This document shows positions 28,024-37,552 of a stretch of DNA of 64,000 nucleotides, in pieces (the first letter of the stretch is position 1; every line of letters begins with the position of its first letter). The translations under genes were made by a program, and so were the position numbers. The notes beneath the pieces were generated by a model that had not been told where the DNA came from, did not search any database, and was given only the letters and a program-made list of their open reading frames with translations. The DNA is from a virus (Duplodnaviria > Heunggongvirae > Uroviricota > Caudoviricetes). The stretch lies in IMG/VR virus record IMGVR_UViG_3300008267_008434; one strand, given 5' to 3'.

Positions 28024-28779
28024 ATGATTTATACACCAGAACTTATCAAATCCGTAGCCCCTTCAGTATTCGCAACATCAGCATCAAGCAAGTTGTCTGA
28101 CAAGTATGTCTTTGTACCAACCGATCAAGTCATTGAATTTTTCGATCGTGAAGGTTGGGAAATTTCAGATGTTAAACAAACAGGTAAAGGAATTCACGCA
28201 ACCCATCAAATTAGATTCCGTAATGGAGAACTTCCTTCAGTTGGAGACACATTGGTTGAAGCAATTGTTCGTAACTCACACAATGGTATGTCAACATTCT
28301 CAGTCAGTGCTGGACTTCACCGATTGGTATGTTCTAACGGACTTACAGTACCTACATCAGTTGCCGACAAATTTAATGTTAGACACAGTGGGTTTGAACT
28401 TGACGATGTGAAACGATTGATGGACGGTTTTGCAAAGAAACTACCAACAATCCAAGGATCTGTTGGACGAATGATGGAACGAGAACTTACCATTGACGAA
28501 CAAATTCAATATGTTCAGAAAGCGTCAAAAATCCGATGGGCTGAAGGATCAATCCCAACTGACAACCAACTTGTTGACATCCTTACACCAAATCGTGTGG
28601 AAGATAGTAATAACGACTTGTGGACAACCTTCAATGTAGTACAAGAGAAGTTTGTACGAGGAGGGTTTGACTACCGAACTAAAACAGGACGAAAGTCAAA
28701 ACTACGAGATCTTAAAAGTATCTTGGCGGTAAACAACATCAACACAAAACTTTGGGAACTTGCCGAAGAAATGATTTAA
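28024..28779 (+). CDS. DUF932-family (phage/plasmid-like) protein
   Basis: 'VRNSHNGMSTFSVSAGLHRLVCSNGL' matches the conserved core of DUF932 proteins of phages and conjugative elements. Confidence 0.5.
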   Translation: MIYTPELIKSVAPSVFATSASSKLSDKYVFVPTDQVIEFFDREGWEISDVKQTGKGIHATHQIRFRNGELPSVGDTLVEAIVRNSHNGMSTFSVSAGLHRLVCSNGLTVPTSVADKFNVRHSGFELDDVKRLMDGFAKKLPTIQGSVGRMMERELTIDEQIQYVQKASKIRWAEGSIPTDNQLVDILTPNRVEDSNNDLWTTFNVVQEKFVRGGFDYRTKTGRKSKLRDLKSILAVNNINTKLWELAEEMI

Positions 28780-28787
28780 AAACAACG

Positions 28788-28811
28788 GAGGGTTAATCAC
28801 CCTCCTTTTCT
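28788..28811 (+). terminator. Rho-independent terminator
   Basis: ggagggt-taatc-accctcc followed by ttttc. Confidence 0.6.
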
Positions 28812-28814
28812 ATT

Positions 28815-29156
28815 ATGGAGAATAGTGAAATAAAATATTTTAAAAAGATTGATGACTTTATTACTTCTTTATTGGAGAAAACGAATAAAGTGTACAGTGT
28901 TATTGAGTGTATGGATTATATTCCGATTACACCTGAACTTTTATTAACTAAACGATTTACAATTGAGTATCTTGATAGTAAATCTTATGGAGGTTCTTTA
29001 ATCCATACTGAAGGTATTTTTAGAAATAATGCTGGTATCTATTTGTATTTATCTAAAATGGAGGTTGAGACTACTTATAAAATAAAAGTAATATACGACA
29101 TATCACAACTTGATGAAGTTGTGTTATTCATAAAAAATTTAACAAGATTAAAATAA
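28815..29156 (+). CDS. Hypothetical protein
   Basis: 113-aa ORF. Confidence 0.4.
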   Translation: MENSEIKYFKKIDDFITSLLEKTNKVYSVIECMDYIPITPELLLTKRFTIEYLDSKSYGGSLIHTEGIFRNNAGIYLYLSKMEVETTYKIKVIYDISQLDEVVLFIKNLTRLK

Positions 29157-29157
29157 A

Positions 29158-29472
29158 ATGGAAATTACAGGAAATCAATTACAAGAAAAAATAAATAATG
29201 GTGAGAAAGTAATCGTTGAATTATGGGCAACTTGGTGTGGACCCTGCAAAATGATGAAACCAATTTTTGAAAGAGTTGCAACTGAAAATACTACTAATGT
29301 ACAGATGTATACGATGGATGTTGATCAAAACAGAGAAGTTGCAATGGCATTAGGGGTTAGGAGCGTACCGACAATTAAAGTATTTAATGGTGGGAATGTA
29401 ACTAACACAAGAGTTGGGGTTCTCCAAGAAAATGAAATAAAAGGTTTAGTTCAAGAATTAATCAATGGATAA
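29158..29472 (+). CDS. trxA: Thioredoxin
   Basis: 'WATWCGPCKMMKP' carries the CGPC active site in a thioredoxin-length protein. Confidence 0.85.
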   Translation: MEITGNQLQEKINNGEKVIVELWATWCGPCKMMKPIFERVATENTTNVQMYTMDVDQNREVAMALGVRSVPTIKVFNGGNVTNTRVGVLQENEIKGLVQELING

Positions 29473-29749
29473 GGTAGTAGTATTATTCACAATGGAAGGA
29501 TGTCCTTTTTGTGTTGAGATGAAAGATATGTTAGTTAAAGAAGGGATTGATTTTGTTGATCGCGACATTGACGAATATGAAGAGGAATATAATATGTTTG
29601 TTGAGATAACAGAGAATGAATTTGTTCCGGCATTTATGTTAATTGAAAATCCTGAGACAGAACCGATTAGTCAATTATTTGCACCTGATAGAGATTATCA
29701 AGATTTAGAAGACGGTGTCAAGATAATTAGAGAATGGATTGAGAAATAA
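29465..29749 (+). CDS. Glutaredoxin-like protein (NrdH/Grx, CPFC active site)
   Basis: 'MEGCPFCVEMKDML' at the N-terminus. 94 aa. Overlaps trx by 8 nt. Confidence 0.7.
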   Translation: MDKVVVLFTMEGCPFCVEMKDMLVKEGIDFVDRDIDEYEEEYNMFVEITENEFVPAFMLIENPETEPISQLFAPDRDYQDLEDGVKIIREWIEK

Positions 29750-29754
29750 AAAAT

Positions 29755-29785
29755 AAACCCCACCTTTTAGGATGGGGTTTTTTGT
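29755..29785. terminator. Bidirectional rho-independent terminator between convergent genes
   Basis: aaacccca-loop-tggggttt with T-run 3' and A-run 5'. Confidence 0.6.
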
Positions 29786-30483
29786 TAGAATAGAATTATA
29801 TGTTCTAATAAATCTTGTTTAAGGTACGGTTTTTCACCATCAGGATTCAGGACATCATCAATTAAATTATAATCCGACAAACGCTCTCTAAATGAGTCCA
29901 TATTAAAATCAAATACATCAAGAATAAGTGACTTAATTGATTTCTTGTCAATTTTTGAGTCGGATATAATTTTAATTTTTAAATCTTCATTATTATCTTC
30001 CTCAGTGGTGAAATAAAATGATACTTCATTGACACCTAATAAATTAAACATATGGTTCATTATGTAATGTGAGTAATATGTGTTTAACCTTCCACAATCT
30101 AAACTATAACCATATGGGAATTCTGATGAAATTGATATTTCTGAAATATCAGGTTCAGGTTCCTCAACAAAAATATCTTTCTTTACCATAACCCAACCCT
30201 TATGAATTGTGTTTATATCCTGATTATATCTAACAACATCAATGGTATTAATATCTGACATTTCCAGCTCCTTCAGGGTATCACCAAAAGATTCCTTGAA
30301 CTCATTTTTAATTTCGTTTATGTCTAAATACTCATTTGATGTTGTTAAACCATTAACAACCATAAATGCACCACAATCTGTGACTTGGATAATTGATTTT
30401 TCTGTTTTGTTGATTTTTGAGAGAATAAAGTCGGCAAATAAATTTACGATTCCTCTTTTTGAATTTTTGTTAATTAATCTCAT
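29785..30483 (-). CDS. Acidic hypothetical protein
   Basis: 232-aa minus-strand ORF. Confidence 0.45.
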   Translation of the reverse strand: MRLINKNSKRGIVNLFADFILSKINKTEKSIIQVTDCGAFMVVNGLTTSNEYLDINEIKNEFKESFGDTLKELEMSDINTIDVVRYNQDINTIHKGWVMVKKDIFVEEPEPDISEISISSEFPYGYSLDCGRLNTYYSHYIMNHMFNLLGVNEVSFYFTTEEDNNEDLKIKIISDSKIDKKSIKSLILDVFDFNMDSFRERLSDYNLIDDVLNPDGEKPYLKQDLLEHIILF

Positions 30484-30535
30484 AACTATTAAATTTTTAT
30501 AATGTGTATGAAATTAAAACAACATTATAAATAGT

Positions 30536-31552
30536 TTAGTAATAAAGACGATCAGGTAACCCGTCATTGATATTCTCAACAACTTTTCTATTATCTGGAT
30601 AGTCAGGAACCCTGATTCTTAAAAAATCATCACTATCGCCCATGTAATGGCGTAACATTGATGAGTAATCACCATATTCAAATAAAGTATCCTCATATCC
30701 AGCAAATGAATTTAAAAAATTCTCAATATCACTTTTAATGTTTTTAATTTTAATATAAGGTATATATACGGTTTTTAAACCGTTTTTGTTTTCAACCCAA
30801 CTGTGCTTACCCTCAAAGTAAGTTGATAACTCATCAAATACCTCCGAGTACACTTCATCATTATATGCCTGATTGTAAGCCTCATCACCCAACCAACGAA
30901 AACTATTCATCAAATCATTTAAATCACCTTTAAATAATGAATTCATAGAGTCCTCATCCTCAACAACAGACATCACATTTGATTCAGTAATGATAAATCT
31001 ACCATCGTCATCCGACATATCTCTAAACAATTCACTTTTATAATCATCTAAAGATAATTCTTGATTACCAACCAATTCTAAAACTCTCTCGGCTAATAAT
31101 TTCATATTCTTTTCGTTAAGTTCTTCAACAATATCTTTATAAACATCGTAAACGGTATCACTATAAGGTTCCCACCAATCCTCATCTAAAACATTTTTTA
31201 CAATATCTCTATCGTTATATTCTCTTGAATACTGGTTGTCCTTAAAAAAATCGGATAACTCAGATAAGTCACTCAACATTAAATAATAACCATCACCACG
31301 AATTTCAACATCACTTAAAAAACCCTGAACAATCTCGTTTAGATATGAAGGATCGTTTTGTAGGCGATATAACATCAACTCATTTACAAACCGTTCATCT
31401 TCGTAGTGTATACTATCTAAATCAAAATAATTTAAAAATCCTGCGCGTTTTACATAGGAATAAAATCTTTTTACATCACCTCCGAATACATCAGAGATAT
31501 CATCCCATTCACCATTATTGAATTTATTTACTAAATCTAAAACTTTTGACAT
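30536..31552 (-). CDS. Highly acidic hypothetical protein
   Basis: 338 aa, D/E-rich. Confidence 0.45.
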   Translation of the reverse strand: MSKVLDLVNKFNNGEWDDISDVFGGDVKRFYSYVKRAGFLNYFDLDSIHYEDERFVNELMLYRLQNDPSYLNEIVQGFLSDVEIRGDGYYLMLSDLSELSDFFKDNQYSREYNDRDIVKNVLDEDWWEPYSDTVYDVYKDIVEELNEKNMKLLAERVLELVGNQELSLDDYKSELFRDMSDDDGRFIITESNVMSVVEDEDSMNSLFKGDLNDLMNSFRWLGDEAYNQAYNDEVYSEVFDELSTYFEGKHSWVENKNGLKTVYIPYIKIKNIKSDIENFLNSFAGYEDTLFEYGDYSSMLRHYMGDSDDFLRIRVPDYPDNRKVVENINDGLPDRLYY

Positions 31553-31618
31553 ACCTATAAATATAAAAAAAGGTGGAAACTTCCGTAACCACCCATTAAT
31601 TTCTTTGGTAGAAATAAA

Positions 31619-31765
31619 TTACCTCTTGTTATAATACTTCTCAACGATTTTTTTAACTGACTCTTGAACAGTGGCATTTTTTACTTGCTGTGGCTGTCCT
31701 TGAGCCGGTGCTTGTTGAGTAGCGGGAGTTCCACCATTGTTCTTATTTTTGCATCCACACCCCAT
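31619..31765 (-). CDS. Unlisted 48-aa ORF (MGCGCKNKNNGGTPATQQAPAQGQPQQV...), Gly/Cys N-terminus, Gln/Pro-rich
   Basis: Translated by hand from the minus strand. Sits upstream of the minus-strand acidic gene pair. Confidence 0.25.
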   Translation of the reverse strand: MGCGCKNKNNGGTPATQQAPAQGQPQQVKNATVQESVKKIVEKYYNKR

Positions 31766-31859
31766 AGCTGATTGTTTTTATTAGGTTTATTTTCTTATAA
31801 ATATCTTAATAGAATGTATTTTGTAAATAATTTTGGTATATCAATAATATTTATAAAAT

Positions 31860-33368
31860 ATGAAAAAAGTAATTAGACTTACCGAATCAGATTTAATTAA
31901 AATAATTAAAACTAAACTCAACGAAGAAGAATCTGAATTTATTGAAATTCCCGCAAATGAATATGAACAGTTATTATCTGTAACTGGATATAATGGTGCG
32001 GCTCTTGAAAAGACAAGAAGGTTTAGAGGTAAGAAAATAAAAGTAAACGGTAGGTTAGATATATCAGGTAAACCAGTTACAAATCTTGGAACAATATATC
32101 TACAAGGATCATTAGAGGCAACTAGATCAAAGTTAGAAACTTTAAATGGTGTGACAATTACGGGGTCTAAATGGTACTATAATACACCATTGGAGTCTAA
32201 AGAAAAGATAAGGAAACGAAGAAAAGAATTGGATGATGCCCAAGAAAGAAGAGAAAATGGTGTGTGGGACTTAGATTATCCGAACATTGATGATGAGGGA
32301 TTAAAAGCAAATGCTGCGTTTCAGTACCTTGTTGAAAATGGTGAGATAGAAGAAATAACATCAGAAGAAAAAAGAGAATTAAAAAATTTAGAACAAAGAC
32401 AACTTAATATTTCTGATAGAATGGAAGCGGAAAATGATGAGGAACTTTTATCTGAATTGCAAAGTGAATACGATGAATTACAAGAAGACATTGATGATTT
32501 ATTAAGAAAGGAAAATAATGATGTTTATGGATTGATACCCAAAAGTTTTGGACATTATAATATGTTATCTTTTATGACAACATATGATGATTTTAATGAT
32601 GTGACAATTGCCGTTGGAACCGAATATGAAGCGGATGAATCAAAAAAAGAATGGGTTGAACAATTATTGGATGATGGAGGATATAGACACTTTAATCAAT
32701 ATACGGTTGAAAGACATATTGATGGTGATGAGGTTGCCGACTATTTTGAAGATGTTATTAGAGAATGGATATATGATGATCCTGATAATTATGACGTTGT
32801 AAAAGATTTAAGTAGAAGTCAAAAAGATGAACTTTGGGTTCTTAAAATGGAGAAATGGGTTTATGAAAATGAAGGAGTCAGGTTTCCAATAAAGTACCCA
32901 ACAAAAGAAGAAAATGGAACTGTATTTGATTTTTGGGATGAAGATGAAGAACACGAATTTCAATTAAAATATGAAGGAAATAAGTGGGTATTATATAAAG
33001 ACGGATCGATAGTTCAACCAGGTCAACTATATGATGATGAAGACACTGACGATCACCAAGATGATCGTGAAAGTAGAATTTCTGATATTGAATATGAAAT
33101 ACAAGAAATTGAAGAAAATCCTGATGGTGATTTGGATGAAGATTCGGTTGAAGAAAGGGTTGAAGATAAAAAATACGAAATTTCTAATGACCCTATAAGT
33201 TGGTTGAGAAATTACGACATGGATGTTGATAATTTTATTGATGAAAAGGCATTTATTGAAGATGTTGCTGGTGATGAGGATTATGGTATTTTGAATGGTT
33301 ACGACTCAACATATGATATTATTAATTTGGGTAACCAAAGTTATGTTGTAATGATAACCGATAAATAA
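31860..33368 (+). CDS. Hyper-acidic protein with conserved N-terminal leader 'MKKVIRLTESDLIKIIK'
   Basis: 502 aa, D/E-rich. The N-terminal 16 aa are nearly identical to those of the genes at 47314, 47615 and 47952. Confidence 0.5.
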   Translation: MKKVIRLTESDLIKIIKTKLNEEESEFIEIPANEYEQLLSVTGYNGAALEKTRRFRGKKIKVNGRLDISGKPVTNLGTIYLQGSLEATRSKLETLNGVTITGSKWYYNTPLESKEKIRKRRKELDDAQERRENGVWDLDYPNIDDEGLKANAAFQYLVENGEIEEITSEEKRELKNLEQRQLNISDRMEAENDEELLSELQSEYDELQEDIDDLLRKENNDVYGLIPKSFGHYNMLSFMTTYDDFNDVTIAVGTEYEADESKKEWVEQLLDDGGYRHFNQYTVERHIDGDEVADYFEDVIREWIYDDPDNYDVVKDLSRSQKDELWVLKMEKWVYENEGVRFPIKYPTKEENGTVFDFWDEDEEHEFQLKYEGNKWVLYKDGSIVQPGQLYDDEDTDDHQDDRESRISDIEYEIQEIEENPDGDLDEDSVEERVEDKKYEISNDPISWLRNYDMDVDNFIDEKAFIEDVAGDEDYGILNGYDSTYDIINLGNQSYVVMITDK

Positions 33369-33404
33369 TTTACAGATGACAAAACCTTTATTATACTTGA
33401 ATAA

Positions 33405-34196
33405 ATGGCAAGAAAAAAGAAAAATAAAGGAATTGAATTTATAATGGAAACAGATTGGTTATTTGAAAAACCAATTGATCAAGAACACAAAGAATATAAA
33501 TTATTAAGTTACTTCCAAAAAATGGGAGAGAAACTTGATAATATGGAACTATATCCTGGTTTCATAGAGTTGTCATTGCATTTGGCAAGTATTCAAACCC
33601 TAATTAAAGATAAAAAATTAATTTATACTGATAAGAAGTTTGATACGATTGATGATGAACTCCTTGTTAAGGATTTGAAAATCAAACAAATTCCTGACAT
33701 GACACAGGAAGAAACTCAAGAGTTTATTAGTATATTAAAATTTTCCGCACCAAGACTAATGGAGTACTTCAATGTTGCAAAGTCCGTGTGGTCAGTCGTG
33801 TTTGAAACAATTGAAGTTAAAATTAAAAAGAACAAAAAAAATCTATCGTTAAACAAAGGATACTTTTACTACAATGAGAATAAAACAAATAGTTTATATG
33901 TTTGGGAGTACAACATAACACCAGCATCAAGAGGTTCCATTGAGAAAAAAACACTTGTAAATTTAATTCATTCCGAACCAAAAGATAAGTTGACTATACC
34001 AAAAATAATTAATACATTTTCTCAATGGAGTTCTGATGAAGAAAAACCATCATTACCTGTGTTTGAAATGAAATGTAGTGATATATTCCCAATCAATGAA
34101 ACATTACTACCATTATTCAAAAGAAAACTGATTTCATATATTAATCAAGAAATGTATGGGAAAGAAAAAAAAGTGATACAAATTAAAGTTAAGTAA
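33405..34196 (+). CDS. Hypothetical protein
   Basis: 263-aa ORF. Confidence 0.45.
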   Translation: MARKKKNKGIEFIMETDWLFEKPIDQEHKEYKLLSYFQKMGEKLDNMELYPGFIELSLHLASIQTLIKDKKLIYTDKKFDTIDDELLVKDLKIKQIPDMTQEETQEFISILKFSAPRLMEYFNVAKSVWSVVFETIEVKIKKNKKNLSLNKGYFYYNENKTNSLYVWEYNITPASRGSIEKKTLVNLIHSEPKDKLTIPKIINTFSQWSSDEEKPSLPVFEMKCSDIFPINETLLPLFKRKLISYINQEMYGKEKKVIQIKVK

Positions 34197-34294
34197 TATG
34201 GATATAATAGAAATTTTTGAAAAGTTGGTTAAGGAAAATCCAAACGATAGTGATTTGGGTAAAAAAGTTAGAGAAATGTATCACAAATTAAAGA

Positions 34295-34486
34295 GTGAAA
34301 ATAATGGGATTCAACAAGAGGATACTCAGAAAAGATAATATTATTAATAATCTTGATAACCTATCAAGATATCTATCAGCCGATGCAATTATTATTAGTG
34401 ACGACTTTTCAAATGAAGTGTTCAAAATGTTCTGCGAAGGAAAAACTGAGGATGAAATCATAAAATATATAAATAAAAACAAATGA
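34295..34486 (+). CDS. Hypothetical small protein
   Basis: 63 aa with ATGA overlap into the GS gene. The antisense ORF 34288..34482 was judged spurious. Confidence 0.3.
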   Translation: MKIMGFNKRILRKDNIINNLDNLSRYLSADAIIISDDFSNEVFKMFCEGKTEDEIIKYINKNK

Positions 34487-35682
34487 AGATTAAACTTGAA
34501 TATCTGTGGTTAGACGGATATATGCCGGAACCAAATTTAAGAAGTAAGGTAAAAATTGTTAATTACGATGACATAAAAAATTCATTTATAACGGGTAGAT
34601 TTCCTGAATGGAACTTTGACGGATCATCAACAAACCAAGCAGAAACTGGGACTTCAGACTGTATTTTAAAACCTGTAAGACATTATTTGGATGATAAATT
34701 TGGTAGTGTGTATGTTCTTTGTGAGGTTATGAATTCAGACGGAACACCACATCAATCAAATACCAGATCATTACTTGGTAATGAACAAGAGGATTTGTGG
34801 TTTGGTTTTGAACAAGAATACTTTATCTATGATAGAAAAAATAAATGTATTTTAGGCCACGATGAAAACAACTTGGAACCACAAGGTAAATATTATTGTG
34901 GTGTTGGAGAATATGTTGCGGGTAGAGAATTTGTTGAAGAACATATGAATTTATGTTTAAGGTATGGGATTAACATAACAGGAATAAATGCCGAGGTTGC
35001 ACTTGGACAATGGGAGTATCAAGTATTCTCTCAAGGTAAATTGAAATCAGGAGATGATTTATGGATGTCTAGATACCTATTACATAAGTTGTCCGAAAAA
35101 TATAATTATGGGATTGAACTACACCCAAAACCAATCCAAAAAGGTGAATGGAATGGATCTGGACTTCACACAAACTTCTCAAATTATAAAATGAGGGAAG
35201 AAGGTGGTGAAAATCATTTTAAATCAATTTTCTCAAGTTTTGCCACAAGACACCAAGAACATATTGAAAATTATGGTTCATCAAATGAATTAAGATTGAC
35301 GGGTAAATTTGAAACCCAATCAATTAATAAGTTTAGTTGGGGTATTTCAGATAGAGGTGCATCAATTAGAGTTCCACAATCAACCGCAAAAGAATGGAAG
35401 GGATATGTTGAAGATAGACGACCATCATCTAATGCTGATCCATATAAAATCATTTATCAAATATGTGAATCATTAAGAAACGCTGAAGAGATTGACGACA
35501 TCAAACATAAAATGAATTATAAACTTGATATGGACAACCTTAAGATGGATTATAAAACAATCCCAACCGATGAACTATTAAAAGAATACTTCAATGATGA
35601 AGAATTTGAATTGGATGGTAAAACAATGGATGGAAGTAATATCCCTACAAAAGAAATTAAATTTGATTTAAATGGAAAATAA
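34483..35682 (+). CDS. glnA: Glutamine synthetase, type II (eukaryotic-like GSII)
   Basis: 'PEWNFDGSST', 'YYCGVGEYVAGREFVEEH', 'GINAEVALGQWEYQV', 'NGSGLHTNFS' and 'ASIRVPQS...GYVEDRRPSSNADPY' are near-identical to GSII signature regions. Length 399 aa. Confidence 0.85.
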   Translation: MKIKLEYLWLDGYMPEPNLRSKVKIVNYDDIKNSFITGRFPEWNFDGSSTNQAETGTSDCILKPVRHYLDDKFGSVYVLCEVMNSDGTPHQSNTRSLLGNEQEDLWFGFEQEYFIYDRKNKCILGHDENNLEPQGKYYCGVGEYVAGREFVEEHMNLCLRYGINITGINAEVALGQWEYQVFSQGKLKSGDDLWMSRYLLHKLSEKYNYGIELHPKPIQKGEWNGSGLHTNFSNYKMREEGGENHFKSIFSSFATRHQEHIENYGSSNELRLTGKFETQSINKFSWGISDRGASIRVPQSTAKEWKGYVEDRRPSSNADPYKIIYQICESLRNAEEIDDIKHKMNYKLDMDNLKMDYKTIPTDELLKEYFNDEEFELDGKTMDGSNIPTKEIKFDLNGK

Positions 35683-36511
35683 TATATTTAACAAATTACC
35701 CGGAATGATGTTTGGTAAGGGTGAGGGTAACATTAGTTGGTACCCAGAAAGGATTCATACCCTACAAGATTTGGTATACCAAATTAAACCAAGAAATATT
35801 ATTGAAATAGGATTCAATGAAGGACATTCAATGGTTTTAATATGTGAGACATTATTGAAAATAATTAATGAAGATCCTGATTTTAATAGGAAACCAATAA
35901 TTGTTTTTGTATTTGATGACTGTAAATATGAGAGTACTGTTAACAATCACTCAATACTTGCCAAGCATTACAGGAAGTGGAACATACATTTGAGTTTATT
36001 TCCTGGTAACTCCCTTGAGGTTGTTCCAAGAGTTTTAGACACATCAAAAACAAAATTTGATTTTATTGAGATTGATGGGTGCCACTTTGAGGAATGCGTT
36101 AGAGGTGATATTAATAATGTGATTAATTTTATTAATGATGATGGTATTGTATATTTGGATGATTATAAGTCCTCAAAAGATCCTACTGAAGGTGTTAATA
36201 ATGTAATTGAATCATTTGACTGGCAAGGATTTAATACCTATCATATTGATGGAGTATTTTGGGCTCACAAAAAGAAAAAAGAAATGGAAGAAAAAAAGGA
36301 ACAAGTAAATCACCCTAACCACTATGGGGGAGAGTCAAACCCATATGAAGCAATCAAGGTGATTGATGCTTGGGACTTAGGATTCTCCCTTGGTAATACT
36401 GTGAAGTATATCTCAAGAGCGGGTAAGAAAGAGTTAGATAAAGAATTACAGGATCTTAAAAAAGCATTGTGGTATTTGCAACACCACATTGAAACATTGG
36501 AGAAAAAATGA
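35672..36511 (+). CDS. Fusion: class I SAM-dependent methyltransferase domain plus C-terminal DUF3310
   Basis: 'IIEIGFNEGHS' (motif I-like) and 'FIEIDGCHFEE...GIVYLDDY' (Methyltransf_24-like). C-terminal 'VNHPNHYGG...IDAWDLGFSLGNTVKYISRAGKK...DLKKALWYLQ' is the DUF3310 signature. Confidence 0.55.
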   Translation: MENNIFNKLPGMMFGKGEGNISWYPERIHTLQDLVYQIKPRNIIEIGFNEGHSMVLICETLLKIINEDPDFNRKPIIVFVFDDCKYESTVNNHSILAKHYRKWNIHLSLFPGNSLEVVPRVLDTSKTKFDFIEIDGCHFEECVRGDINNVINFINDDGIVYLDDYKSSKDPTEGVNNVIESFDWQGFNTYHIDGVFWAHKKKKEMEEKKEQVNHPNHYGGESNPYEAIKVIDAWDLGFSLGNTVKYISRAGKKELDKELQDLKKALWYLQHHIETLEKK

Positions 36512-37110
36512 TAGAAACAGGAAAAATAATAACAGGAGATTGTATTGAGGTGATGAAAACATTACCTGAAGGGTCTGTGGATTTAATCGTCACATCACCA
36601 CCCTACGGAGTCGGGATTGCGTATGATACCCACGATGATGATGTGGAGTTTGAGGAGTATTTGGTATTTGCCAAAAATTGGTTAACTGAAGCATATAATG
36701 TTTTGAAAGATGATGGACGAATCGCGTTGAATATTCCATATGAAATCAATAGACAAAAGAAAGGGGGAAGAATTTTCTTTGTTTCTGAAATGTATCAATT
36801 AATGAAACAAATTGGGTTTGGTTTCTTCGGTATCGTGGATTTAGAAGAAGATTCACCTCATCGTAGTAAAACAACTGCTTGGGGATCTTGGATGAGTCCG
36901 TCAAGTCCGTATATTTATAATCCAAAGGAGTGTGTAATACTTGCATACAAAAAACACCACATTAAAAAGGTTAAGGGAGAACCTCAGTGGAAAGGGACAC
37001 CTACTGAAATTGAACAGGAGGATGGAACCATAAAAAAGAAAGTTGTATATGAAGAACAAGATAAGAAGGAGTTTATGGAACTTGTTTTTCACCAAACTAT
37101 ACCGAGATAG
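36508..37110 (+). pseudogene. Truncated beta-class DNA methyltransferase (N-terminal half only)
   Basis: 'LIVTSPPYGV' catalytic motif is present, but the ORF stops after 200 aa. No downstream 'DPFxGSGTT' SAM motif I in any frame before the terminator. Confidence 0.5.
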
Positions 37111-37172
37111 CCAATACGAGAGTAAATTACTTTAAAACCTTACAGGAAATAAAAGAAGAACAACTCTAATAT

Positions 37173-37203
37173 AAAACCCACCTTAAAAGTGGGTTTTTTT
37201 ATT
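37173..37203 (+). terminator. Rho-independent terminator
   Basis: aaaacccac-loop-gtgggtttt followed by a T-run. Confidence 0.6.
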
Positions 37204-37205
37204 TT

Positions 37206-37532
37206 ATGGATATTTATTCATATATGAAAATAATTATAACGGAAAATAAAAGGGACAGACTGGCGTTAAATTGGTTGAATAATAAATTCGGTAATCTAAC
37301 TAAGGTTGTTAACTATGATAGAACATTTTATGTTAATAAGGATAAAAAACCGTTATTTTACTATTATCAAGATGATAAAAATAAGTTTGTTTTTATTGAT
37401 TACACAAGAATTTGGATATTTTTTGAATCCATTTTTGATATGGAATATGAACAAATACAAGATATTCTAAAAATATGGTTGGAAGAAACCTATAATTTGA
37501 GTGGATATTTACCTATTGATTACGGACACTAA
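37206..37532 (+). CDS. Hypothetical protein
   Basis: 108-aa ORF. Confidence 0.4.
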   Translation: MDIYSYMKIIITENKRDRLALNWLNNKFGNLTKVVNYDRTFYVNKDKKPLFYYYQDDKNKFVFIDYTRIWIFFESIFDMEYEQIQDILKIWLEETYNLSGYLPIDYGH

Positions 37533-37552
37533 CCTATAATATAAAATAAAGT

